Below, one piece after another: positions 1 through 8,635 of a stretch of DNA of 26,003 nucleotides; the stretch's first letter is position 1; the number at the start of each line of letters is the position of its first letter. Below the pieces are notes generated by a model. The model was not told the origin of the DNA. It saw only the letters and a program-made list of their open reading frames with translations, and made no database searches. The position numbers and the translations under genes are program-made. The DNA lies in NCBI GenBank assembly GCA_030672485.1, contig DAOVGH010000027.1, forward strand, positions 1 through 26,003. The letters run 5' to 3'. This DNA comes from Desulfobacterales bacterium. GTDB taxonomy: Bacteria; Desulfobacterota; DSM-4660; Desulfatiglandales; B25-G16.

Positions 1-19
1 TCCTGCTCTTATCGATACT

Positions 20-3000
20 GTGTCTTCGGTATTGAGCGAGGAAGATGATTCGTTGGTTTTTGCCGCTTTTCAGACACTAATCTCCCTTAACCCAAAAAAT
101 ATAAAACAAATCACAATAGCACTGTTGAGAAAACATCCTGGGATGAGGACGAGGACCTTCGGTGTCATCCCCCAACTGGGTATGGTAAAGACACAGGAGA
201 TGCTTGATTGTCTAACACCCAAGGAAAGATATCAGGCACGGGCAACCATAGTTGAAACCCTTAGGAAAAGGGATAATGAGCTTAAGGCCCTTTTCTTGAA
301 AGCCGGACTGGAAAGTTCAACTGAGGCGATAAGAAATCAATCGCAACTTCTGTTACAGGAGATAACTTGCCCCGGTGGAAGGACCGGTGATCTTGATAGG
401 GTAGGCAATCCTCCTCCACCCGACAGTGGGAAGCATAGTAAAGGATTGACGGTGAAAGCCCTTTCCCGCCTTAAAAAGAGGTTTCTCCTGAGAAAGCTCG
501 CCAACAGGATCCCCCTCGAGGATGTTGATCTGTCCGGCATGACAATATGCGATCTTGATCTGTCGAGAATAAGCTTGAGCGATGTTGATTTTCGAGGCGC
601 AATCTTAAAGAAAGTGGACTTTTCCGCTGCCAAGCTTTCTTATGTTGACTTCAGCGGCGCCCTCCTTGAGGAGGTAAATCTTGAGGGTGCCTATCTGAAC
701 TCGGTCAATCTCGGTCATGCATCTCTGAAATCCATCTCAGGCAGCAATGCTATCTTTTCAGCAGTGGATTTTTCGAGGAGCTTTGTTCATGACTGCAACT
801 TCACAGAGGCCCAAATGAGGGGCTCGATTTGTGAGCGTACGCGAATCCTGGATTCTGATTTTTCCCTGGCAAACCTGGAGGGGGCATCCTTTTTTGAGGC
901 CGAGATTCGAAATACATTGTTTCTGCTCTCCAATCTCCAGATATCTGATCTGTCCTACGCGTCGATCTCTTCCTCGGCCTTCTCGGGTTCAGACATGTCC
1001 ATGGCCCTTACCTCTCATGCCGAATTCTCCGAAGGATTATCCCCTGAAAACGAGGTACAAATATCATCCCTCCATACCCCTTTCCCATCCATCTTCTTTG
1101 AGGGTGATCCCTTTAAGGGATTCCGGAAGGCATTTGATGCACTTATACTCGCGACGGAAATCAAAAAGCAAAAGAGGATTTTTCTCGAATACAATAAGAG
1201 AAGAATCGAGATAGCCATGGAGTCGTTCAGACCTGAGCAGGCCGATCTTTTTGAATTAATACCCCTTTTGATCCACACAGGAGAGAACCTTCTCCTATAT
1301 GATGGTTATGCGGCTGATTTACCTGAAGGGATTGACAAATATGTACCTGCCCGTACCGCTCTCAAGAAGGTCAGGAAATATTTCCCCAAGGAGAGACTGC
1401 CGTCAATTTTGAGGAAGAAAGGGGATATCCAGGCCCTTTTTACTATTGGAAGTGTTGGCACAGTATCACAAAGTAAGGATTCAGACATTGAGTACTGGGT
1501 CTGTATAGATGCCGACGCTTTGGGCGAGAAAAAGATTAGTCAGCTCAGGATAAAACTCGAGGCTATTTCCACATGGGCATTAAAGATATTTCGCACCAAG
1601 GTTAAGTTTTTCATAGTGGACAAAGAAAAAGCCAGACAGAACGATTTTGGAAGCAGTGACAAAGAGAGCTCAGGTTCAGCCCAGGGAAAGTTGCTAAAGG
1701 AGGAATTATATCGCACCATGATCTTCATAGCCGGCAGACTACCTCTGTGGTGGTTGCTGCCGGCTAACATCAATGACAGGCTTTACGAGTATATGAATGA
1801 GCTGGCCTCTCTGCTTGAAGAGGAGTTCATAGATTTGGGAAACGTAGATAATATCCCTTTGGGTGAGTATTTCGGTGCCTCTATCTGGCAGATCTTAAAG
1901 GGCCTGACCAGTCCATACAAATCAGTCATGAAAATGGCCCTACTTGAAAAGTATACTGGTAAGGGAGAAAACTATCAGCTTCTCTGTGATAAATTACAAA
2001 CCAATTATAACAGAGGCTCACGAGACCTAAGGGAAACTGACCCCTACATTCTTCTCCTTGAAGAGGTTCTCGGATATTATCAGGAAAGGGGTGATGAGGA
2101 GTCCCTTGTTAAAATTCAAACATCTTTCTACTCAAAACTGGGTATCCGGTCTTTGTACGATTTAAAGGATATGGTCTCTATAGACAAGAGGGGCCTGATT
2201 TTTGATTATATGGACAGGTGGAACTGGGATGAGAAAAAGATCCGGTACCTAGATCCGTCTCAGGAGTGGTCTTTTAGAAGATTAGTTGAGCAAGGCACTG
2301 ATATAAACAAATACATGATCAAAACCTATAGAAGGATTGCCAGCGGTTTGGGAAAGGTGAAGGACTCCATTATCTCTCCCACTGATCTGACGATCTTCGG
2401 AAGAATAATTGCCTCACGGTTCACCCAAAAGAAGGGAAAGGTGGATAGGTTGATAATCGCCTCACCCGGGGAAAAGACCTTCAAGAAGCTTTTTATCAAA
2501 TATGAAGGGCAAAAAACTGGCATTACGTGGAAGCTTATCCAGTTATTGGAAGTACCCCGGAAGGAAAGGCGGGAAGAAACCCTGAAGATAACGAGGAGGA
2601 TCGAGTTCCTTGCGGCCTGGATGATAAGTAATGGGTTTTTTTCGACCGAAACATCTGTTAATCTCTATCCGAACCCATCCTCTGTATCAATTCAAGATGT
2701 GCAAGATCTTTTGAAAGAGCTGGCACGATTTTTCCCCAAGGAGTGGATTGAGGACATTTACCTCAAGGATCTCCTCGATAATACTTATGTCAGAAGGCTT
2801 CTCGTTATTCTCAATTTCAACAGGGATAGAAGGGAAAAGAGGATTTTCGAATATACGGCCATCTATGACAACAGCTGGGGTGAACGGTTTTGCCAGACCT
2901 TCTTCAGCCGGGAAGGACTTTTCTCCAGAGAAGAGGTATTGGAAGAGCTAAGAACCTCTCTTGAGCTGCCGTTTAAAAACGATGTAGTAAGGTTCTATGT

Positions 3001-3043
3001 ACCTCAAAAGGCCCGAAAACATCTCTCCGCTGCCCTTTCCTAA
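20..3043 (+). CDS. cyaA: Class I adenylate cyclase-family protein with N-terminal helical region and long pentapeptide-repeat domain; 5' partial (frame open to the window edge)
   Basis: The C-terminal ~620 aa carry class I AC motifs: FTIGSVGTVSQSKDSDIEYWV (cf. GS...SDLDIWV), SGSAQGKLLKEELYRT, EYFGASIWQILKGLTSPYKSVMK, DPYILLLEEV, LAAWMISNG. The codons upstream of the GTG at 20 (cct gct ctt atc gat act) contain no stop, so the true start probably lies outside the window. Confidence 0.85.
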   Translation: MSSVLSEEDDSLVFAAFQTLISLNPKNIKQITIALLRKHPGMRTRTFGVIPQLGMVKTQEMLDCLTPKERYQARATIVETLRKRDNELKALFLKAGLESSTEAIRNQSQLLLQEITCPGGRTGDLDRVGNPPPPDSGKHSKGLTVKALSRLKKRFLLRKLANRIPLEDVDLSGMTICDLDLSRISLSDVDFRGAILKKVDFSAAKLSYVDFSGALLEEVNLEGAYLNSVNLGHASLKSISGSNAIFSAVDFSRSFVHDCNFTEAQMRGSICERTRILDSDFSLANLEGASFFEAEIRNTLFLLSNLQISDLSYASISSSAFSGSDMSMALTSHAEFSEGLSPENEVQISSLHTPFPSIFFEGDPFKGFRKAFDALILATEIKKQKRIFLEYNKRRIEIAMESFRPEQADLFELIPLLIHTGENLLLYDGYAADLPEGIDKYVPARTALKKVRKYFPKERLPSILRKKGDIQALFTIGSVGTVSQSKDSDIEYWVCIDADALGEKKISQLRIKLEAISTWALKIFRTKVKFFIVDKEKARQNDFGSSDKESSGSAQGKLLKEELYRTMIFIAGRLPLWWLLPANINDRLYEYMNELASLLEEEFIDLGNVDNIPLGEYFGASIWQILKGLTSPYKSVMKMALLEKYTGKGENYQLLCDKLQTNYNRGSRDLRETDPYILLLEEVLGYYQERGDEESLVKIQTSFYSKLGIRSLYDLKDMVSIDKRGLIFDYMDRWNWDEKKIRYLDPSQEWSFRRLVEQGTDINKYMIKTYRRIASGLGKVKDSIISPTDLTIFGRIIASRFTQKKGKVDRLIIASPGEKTFKKLFIKYEGQKTGITWKLIQLLEVPRKERREETLKITRRIEFLAAWMISNGFFSTETSVNLYPNPSSVSIQDVQDLLKELARFFPKEWIEDIYLKDLLDNTYVRRLLVILNFNRDRREKRIFEYTAIYDNSWGERFCQTFFSREGLFSREEVLEELRTSLELPFKNDVVRFYVPQKARKHLSAALS
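521..1030 (+). repeat. Pentapeptide-repeat coding region (roughly 33-34 five-residue units)
   Basis: Translation shows strict 5-aa periodicity of the A(D/N)LXX type: VDLSG MTICD LDLSR ISLSD VDFRG AILKK VDFSA AKLSY VDFSG ALLEE VNLEG AYLNS ... Confidence 0.9.
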
Positions 3044-3068
3044 ATAAAGCCTCGAACAGGGGGCTGAG

Positions 3069-3812
3069 CTATTGTTTTGCCTGGCTCGCTACGGCCTCAG
3101 CAGCCCTCTTTGCAACCTCAGGGTCTCCCAAATAATAGTGGTTAATTGCCCTCAGATTGTCATCTAGCTCGTATACCAGGGGAATACCCGTTGGGATGTT
3201 AAGACTGACAATCTCCTCCTCGGGAACATTGTCGAGGTACATGACCAGTGCCCGCAAGCTGTTTCCATGCGCTGCAATCAAGACCTTTTTCCCCTCTTTG
3301 AGAGCTGGGACGATGGTATTATGCCAGTAAGGCAAGAAACGATTAACAGTGTCCTTCAAGCATTCGGTTAAGGGAGTATCCCTTTTTTCAAGATCTGCAT
3401 ATCTGGGGTCTTTTCCAGGATACATATCGTCATTTCTATCCAGTTCAGGCGGCCTGATGTCATAGCTTCGTCGCCATAGAAGAACCTGATCGGCTCCGTG
3501 TTTGGCGGCTGTCTCGGACTTATTCAATCCTTGCAAGGCACCGTAGTGCCTTTCGTTAAGCCTCCAGCTCTTGTATACTGGGATCCACATTAAATCCATG
3601 TCCTCCAAGATAATCCACAGGCTCTGGATAGCCCGCTTGAGAACAGAGGTATATGCGATATCAAAGGCATACTTCTCTTCCAACAGGAGCCGGGCAGCAG
3701 ATTTGGCCTCTTTTATACCTAACTCGGAAAGTCCTACATCTATCCATCCGGTGAACCTGTTTTCAAGGTTCCATGTGCTCTGACCATGTCTGACAAGGAC
3801 CAGCTTAATCAT
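3069..3812 (-). CDS. gpmA: 2,3-bisphosphoglycerate-dependent phosphoglycerate mutase
   Basis: [12 protein letters not shown] (RHG catalytic His), [33 protein letters not shown]; SD GAGGAG upstream of the ATG. Confidence 0.97.
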   Translation of the reverse strand: MIKLVLVRHGQSTWNLENRFTGWIDVGLSELGIKEAKSAARLLLEEKYAFDIAYTSVLKRAIQSLWIILEDMDLMWIPVYKSWRLNERHYGALQGLNKSETAAKHGADQVLLWRRSYDIRPPELDRNDDMYPGKDPRYADLEKRDTPLTECLKDTVNRFLPYWHNTIVPALKEGKKVLIAAHGNSLRALVMYLDNVPEEEIVSLNIPTGIPLVYELDDNLRAINHYYLGDPEVAKRAAEAVASQAKQ

Positions 3813-3888
3813 AGCGGGATACTCCTCTGCTTTTCCCTCTTGAGGGTAAGACTATTCACCTCCATAAAAGAGGAGGCTTTTCCAATTA

Positions 3889-3917
3889 AATATACCACCC
3901 AGGAGTTGTCTTTTCAA
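3889..3917 (-). promoter_or_regulatory. Putative sigma70 promoter of gpmA
   Basis: Minus strand reads TTGAAA-17 nt-TATATT, with TG two bases before the -10 (extended -10). Confidence 0.65.
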
Positions 3918-4041
3918 ATCATTACCTCAATACCCTTCAAAAACGCTGAGGCCCTGTGCGCTCCCCGAGAGATATGCAAGATGTTTTTTGGAAAACAGAC
4001 AAGTCACCCTTTTCAAGGTGTGGTTATTGACTTTCCTATTG

Positions 4042-4070
4042 TTGACATGGCTATAGTTAGAAAATATAAT
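4042..4070 (+). promoter_or_regulatory. Consensus sigma70 promoter of selC
   Basis: TTGACA (4042-4047), 17-nt spacer, TATAAT (4065-4070); the tRNA starts 8 nt later. Confidence 0.9.
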
Positions 4071-4078
4071 ACAAGTGC

Positions 4079-4177
4079 GGAAGTGGAAAGCTCACTGGTG
4101 GGGCTCCCGGACTTCAAATCCGGTGTGTCGCGACGAAAATCGGGACAGGTGGGTTCGATTCCCATGCACTTCCGCCA
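4079..4177 (+). tRNA. selC: tRNA-Sec (anticodon UCA)
   Basis: GGAAG... 5' end, anticodon arm CCGGA-CTTCAAA-TCCGG, long variable arm (TGTC...GACA), T arm GTGGG-TTCGATT-CCCAT, 3' CACTTCC-G-CCA with G73; selA is in the same window. Confidence 0.95.
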
Positions 4178-4182
4178 CGTAA

Positions 4183-4195
4183 TATCAAGGACTTA
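4183..4195 (+). promoter_or_regulatory. IHF-consensus site immediately 3' of selC
   Basis: TATCAAGGACTTA matches WATCAANNNNTTR exactly, 5 nt after the CCA end. Confidence 0.55.
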
Positions 4196-4291
4196 CGGGC
4201 CTCAGGAAGCCCAATATTAGAGAAGATTTCCGCTGCTTGGCTTTCAACCGGCAGACGGGTGAAAGAAGATCTGGCGATGAGGGGTGCACAG

Positions 4292-5182
4292 TTAGTCGCC
4301 TTGTGCTCCCGTTTCCTCTCTCAGTAAGTCCTCACCATATTTATCAATAAAAGTGTCAAGGTCCTTTCGCCAGTTGAGCAGGACGTTCAGCCCTTCCCTC
4401 TTCAATTGTCTGTTCTCAAGGATGGAATTGACCGGTCTTATCGCAGGCGTGGGATACTCCTTGGCAGCGCAGGGAACAACAGGGGTCTTAATCCCCATTT
4501 TCTCCAAGAAATACTTTGCCAACTCATATCTACTGCAATAACCCTCTGAGGTGGCATGGTAGATCCCTTCTTTTCCATTGTCTAATAATAGCTTGATCTG
4601 CCGGGCCACCCTATAAGACCAGGTAGGGGAACCGAACTGATCGTTAACAACACATATGGATTCCCGCTTCCTTTTAAGAGCCACTCTCAGTATTTTCTTC
4701 AGGAAATTATCTCCCCGAATGCCGTAAAGCCAACCAGCCCTGATAATGATATAATTTCGAGTGTTTTGCTTCACGGCCATTTCGCTCTCCATCTTTGTAA
4801 AACCATAGAAACAGAGGGGATCCATGGGATCATCTTCAAAATACGGTTGTGGTAGCCTCTTTCGGCCATTAAATACAAAATCGGAAGATATATGAACAGT
4901 CGTCTTATCATATCTGGCCGCTGCCTGTGCCAAGTTCCTGGTGCCTTCCACGTTAATTCTCTCAGAAATCTTTCTCTCTGTTTCACACTCGTCTACCTTG
5001 GTAAAGGCAGCGCAATTAAGAATGATATCGGGTGATAGTTGATTAATGGCGATTATGACCTTATCCCAACTGGTGATATCAAACTCTTCTCTATCTGGGG
5101 CAATGATTTCATAGCCGCTCTTCAGAACCTCCTTACACTCGCTGCCAAGTCCTCCCCGTGCACCAGTCAATAGAATCTTCAT
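4292..5182 (-). CDS. rfbD: dTDP-4-dehydrorhamnose reductase
   Basis: MKILLTGARGGLG Rossmann motif, LNCAAFTKVDECE, HISSDFVFNG, YGFTK (YxxxK), IRAGWLYG, VNDQFGSPT, PAIRPVNSIL. Confidence 0.93.
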   Translation of the reverse strand: MKILLTGARGGLGSECKEVLKSGYEIIAPDREEFDITSWDKVIIAINQLSPDIILNCAAFTKVDECETERKISERINVEGTRNLAQAAARYDKTTVHISSDFVFNGRKRLPQPYFEDDPMDPLCFYGFTKMESEMAVKQNTRNYIIIRAGWLYGIRGDNFLKKILRVALKRKRESICVVNDQFGSPTWSYRVARQIKLLLDNGKEGIYHATSEGYCSRYELAKYFLEKMGIKTPVVPCAAKEYPTPAIRPVNSILENRQLKREGLNVLLNWRKDLDTFIDKYGEDLLREETGAQGD

Positions 5183-5492
5183 TTTTTCCTACCCCCCCAG
5201 CCTTACTTTACATGCTTAAGGCTTGATGTTTGAGAATACGTTTATGCCTTATCCATCGGATTGGCAAAAACATCCCTGGCCCTGTTGCTCCTGTAAACAA
5301 CCTAAATAATTCTACCATTTTTACCACGTATTATCAATTCCAGAAGCGAAAATGGCAACTTGTGCAGGTCAGGCTCAGGTCTTGGATGAAAGCGCGCATA
5401 CACTTCTCAGGCTGGGATAAAAAAATGAGAAGGATAGACGATAAAGAACAGGCATGTGAGAAGATAAAAGGTAGCTACCAAGGGCAGGTTTA

Positions 5493-5501
5493 TGCTATGA
5501 T
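5493..5501 (+). promoter_or_regulatory. Possible extended -10 promoter for pgi
   Basis: TG-C-TATGAT; no recognisable -35 at 17 nt. Confidence 0.4.
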
Positions 5502-5538
5502 TTCAGAGCGCGTATACGCAGGATAATGGATCATAGGG

Positions 5539-7053
5539 ATGGAAGGAATGCAGCTCATTGGTTTTGGTGAAAACAATTCCATAAGAGCGCAAAAACAAAG
5601 GCGTAAAGGCAAAAAAAACCCGTTTAACGAAGGACCGTGGCAATTGGCCAATAGAATCTCTCTTGATCTTACGTATCTTTTTGACACCCCAGGCGACGCT
5701 CCCTCTATAACATTTGAGGATATTGAAGATATTGCACCGCAGGTAATAAGGGCCCATAGGATGTTAAAGAAAGATCAAGGAGATATCTATGACCATGGGA
5801 TACCAATGACAGGCTGGCAGAACCTTCCCGGGGAGATAACACAAGAACATTTGAAGGAGATAAAATCCGCAGCCCGGGGTCTTGGCAGCCAAATCGATGC
5901 ATTTGTTTCCTTAGGCATTGGCGGATCTTCCTTGGGCATCGAGGCCACATTTAAGGCCTTGACCCATACCTATTTCAATCAGTTGAGCCGAAGGGAGAGG
6001 GGGGATGTACCGGAGATCTACTTTCTGGGTCAGAACATGGACCCCGACTATTTCAGGGACACCCTCGATATGCTAAAAGGCAAAACCGTTGGAATGAATG
6101 TTATATCCAAATCAGGTACAACAACAGAAACCGCAATCGCCTTCAGGATCCTGCGTAACTTAATGGAGAAAAACTGGGGTCAAGCTGCCAAAAGCTTAAT
6201 ATACGTGACTGCTGGTGCTGCAACAGGGGCCCTACAGGAATTGTCAAAGCACGAGGGATATAAAACCTTCCCTATTCCGGACAATATCGCTGGCCGCTAT
6301 TCGGTTTTAACAGATGCGGGATTAGTGGGCCTCGCTATGGCCAATATTGATATCGAGGAATTCGCCGCGGGATTTGAATATATGAGGAATGTCACAATGT
6401 CAGACGATCTCTGGGAAAACCCAAGCCTTGTTCACGCAGGGGCTCGGTATGCAGCATGGTTGAAAGGGAAAAAGATAGAGGTGGTGGCCACTAACTCGCT
6501 ACCTCTATATGGCATAGCCAGATGGATGGAACAGTTATTCCCAGAAAGTGAAGGACATGCCGGCCACGGGATGTGGGTGTCTCCTTCCCTTTACCCTGAA
6601 AAGCTACATGCCAATGGCCAAATGGTTCAACAGGGAGAAAGAAACATTTTGGAGACCTTTCTCATGTTACGGGAACATGATAACAGGATTACCATTCCCC
6701 ATGATAAAAATAACCTTGATGGATTGAATTTTCTACTCGATAAAGGTCAGGACATGAATAGCATTAACCGAACGGTTATCGAAGGACCTGCCTATGCCCA
6801 TTATTTAGGGGATGTTCCCAACATGACAATTGAGATTCCGAGAAAAAATGCATTTTGCCTGGGAGAAATCTATTACATGATGGAAAAATCGGTAGCTATA
6901 AGTGGTTACCTCTTAGGTCACAATCCCTTTACTCAACCAGGTGTAGAAGATTATAAGAGGGCGATGTTTGCCCTGCTTGGAAAACCTGGATTTGAGCAAG
7001 AGGGGAAAGAGATCAAAGATAAGATCAGCAAGATGAAAAGGGTCAAAATCTAG
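5539..7053 (+). CDS. pgi: Glucose-6-phosphate isomerase (start uncertain; in-frame TTG at 5644 with an AAGGA SD is a good alternative)
   Basis: LGIGGSSLG, VISKSGTTTET, IAGRYSVL, QLFPESEG, LHANGQ, NPFTQPGVEDYK motifs. Confidence 0.93.
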   Translation: MEGMQLIGFGENNSIRAQKQRRKGKKNPFNEGPWQLANRISLDLTYLFDTPGDAPSITFEDIEDIAPQVIRAHRMLKKDQGDIYDHGIPMTGWQNLPGEITQEHLKEIKSAARGLGSQIDAFVSLGIGGSSLGIEATFKALTHTYFNQLSRRERGDVPEIYFLGQNMDPDYFRDTLDMLKGKTVGMNVISKSGTTTETAIAFRILRNLMEKNWGQAAKSLIYVTAGAATGALQELSKHEGYKTFPIPDNIAGRYSVLTDAGLVGLAMANIDIEEFAAGFEYMRNVTMSDDLWENPSLVHAGARYAAWLKGKKIEVVATNSLPLYGIARWMEQLFPESEGHAGHGMWVSPSLYPEKLHANGQMVQQGERNILETFLMLREHDNRITIPHDKNNLDGLNFLLDKGQDMNSINRTVIEGPAYAHYLGDVPNMTIEIPRKNAFCLGEIYYMMEKSVAISGYLLGHNPFTQPGVEDYKRAMFALLGKPGFEQEGKEIKDKISKMKRVKI

Positions 7054-7198
7054 CCTTCCATTCACCCATGCCTCCACCAACCCCAACATAAATTCTATGA
7101 GTCATCCACATGATAAAAAATATTGACAAAAACAGTGCCATGACCAAAGATAGACCAGTCTAAGATAGACCTGAACAAGGTAGGGGTGAGTATACAAA

Positions 7199-8599
7199 AT
7201 GAAAAAGTCAAGGCTTAAAGGCTTAAGGCTCAACGGTTTAAGGCTTATAAAACCAAGGATTACGGTTGCACTGTCACTAGCTGTTATTATCTCACTCCTT
7301 CTTATCTGGCTGTTGATGACTATCTTTGAAGGCGAAAAACCTGAGGCTCATCTGGAACCAGTGCCGGAGTATTTGAGTAAAGGCATTACGTTCAATGTAT
7401 CCGCTTCCGACCTGAAAATGGGACTGAGAAATATACATGTGAGTGTAAGACAGGATGGGCTTGTTATTCCCATACTAAGACGGGATCTTCCATATGTGGG
7501 ACTATTCAACAAACGGGGAGTCCATAAACTTGAAGAGGAATTTACAGTAGATCCAAAAGAACTAAATATGATACAAGGTCAGGCCAGTCTTATCATTGAG
7601 ATCCACGATTTCTCTAAAAGGAGAGGTGGCGATGGAAATCTTCTCCTATTAGAGCATAAAATGGTAGTTGACACCCTTCCTCCATCAATAACAGCTACCA
7701 GTAGAGGCCATAACATTACCATTGGGGGTTCTGGCCTGATTGTTTACAGGCCCTCATCTGACACCCGTGAAAGTGGCGTTTTGGTAAATGATCTTTTTTC
7801 CCCTGGCGTGCCCTTCTCCAGAGATCCTCAAACTGGACTATATATCTGTTACTTTGCCCTTCCCTACAATTCTAAAAAAGACACTACCTTGTACCTCTGG
7901 GCCAGAGATAGGGCTGATAATGAAACAAAAAGGGTCTTTTCCTGTTATATCAGGCAAAAACGCTTTCGCCGGGAAAAGATCAAGGTATCCGATCGGTTCT
8001 TGGATCATGTAATCCCCCGCTTTTCTCCTGATTTATTTGAGCCAGATAAAACCAAGGTTGAAAAGTATCTGCTCATTAACAGAAGACTGAGAGAGGAAAA
8101 CCATGCTCTTTTGATAGATCTCTGCCAATCGCCCACTGAGGAAAAACTGTGGGACGGTCCCTGGATGAGAATGAAGAATGCTGCAACAATGGCCATCTTT
8201 GGTGAGCAGAGAACCTACTATTACAAGGGCAAGGCAATAGATGAGACCGTACACCTGGGTGTTGATCTGGCATCATTGGCCAGAGCTCCAGTTCAGGCTG
8301 GCAATACTGGCAGAGTTGTTTTTGCCCAAGATCTCGGAATTTACGGCCTAACAGTAGTACTCGATCACGGGCAAGGCCTATACACCATCTACAGTCATCT
8401 AAGCAAGATTGATGTAAATGTTGGTCAACTCGTCACCAAGGGAGATAACATTGGCATTACCGGCCAAACAGGTCTGGCAACCGGTGATCACCTCCATTTC
8501 GGCTTTATGGTGCATGGTGTTTTTGTAAACCCTATAGAGTGGTGGGATCTTCACTGGATAAAGGACAACATATACAGAAAGTTGAACGTGAGTAGATGA
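7199..8599 (+). CDS. Membrane-anchored M23-family metallopeptidase (peptidoglycan DD-endopeptidase-like)
   Basis: N-terminal hydrophobic anchor; C-terminal HLGVD (HxxxD), VVLDHGQGLYTIYSHL, TGDHLHF (HxH). Confidence 0.92.
   Translation: MKKSRLKGLRLNGLRLIKPRITVALSLAVIISLLLIWLLMTIFEGEKPEAHLEPVPEYLSKGITFNVSASDLKMGLRNIHVSVRQDGLVIPILRRDLPYVGLFNKRGVHKLEEEFTVDPKELNMIQGQASLIIEIHDFSKRRGGDGNLLLLEHKMVVDTLPPSITATSRGHNITIGGSGLIVYRPSSDTRESGVLVNDLFSPGVPFSRDPQTGLYICYFALPYNSKKDTTLYLWARDRADNETKRVFSCYIRQKRFRREKIKVSDRFLDHVIPRFSPDLFEPDKTKVEKYLLINRRLREENHALLIDLCQSPTEEKLWDGPWMRMKNAATMAIFGEQRTYYYKGKAIDETVHLGVDLASLARAPVQAGNTGRVVFAQDLGIYGLTVVLDHGQGLYTIYSHLSKIDVNVGQLVTKGDNIGITGQTGLATGDHLHFGFMVHGVFVNPIEWWDLHWIKDNIYRKLNVSR
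7210..7246 (+). repeat. Degenerate tandem 7-8-nt repeat (AAGGCTT) inside the 5' end of the M23 gene
   Basis: AAGGCTT-A AAGGCTT AAGGCTC AACGGTTT AAGGCTT, encoding RLKGLRLNGLRL. Confidence 0.7.
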
Positions 8600-8635
8600 G
8601 ATCGGCGAGAAGTAATGAGGACCTGAAAGCTCCAT

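Noticed and set aside
3044-3068. Bidirectional terminator between the cyclase and gpmA
   Set aside because: Only a 4-bp AGCC/GGCT stem with a long loop and no clear U-tract; too weak.
3786-4220. 144-aa plus-strand ORF
   Set aside because: Runs through the selC promoter and tRNA-Sec; no protein motifs; shadow ORF.
5427-5526. 33-aa ORF MRRIDDKEQACEK... and GGTAGCTACC palindrome upstream of pgi
   Set aside because: No convincing SD or motif; a lone 10-bp palindrome is expected by chance in 26 kb.
7123-7151. sigma70 promoter for the M23 gene
   Set aside because: A perfect TTGACA is present, but the hexamer at 17 nt (AAAGAT) is too weak to call with confidence.
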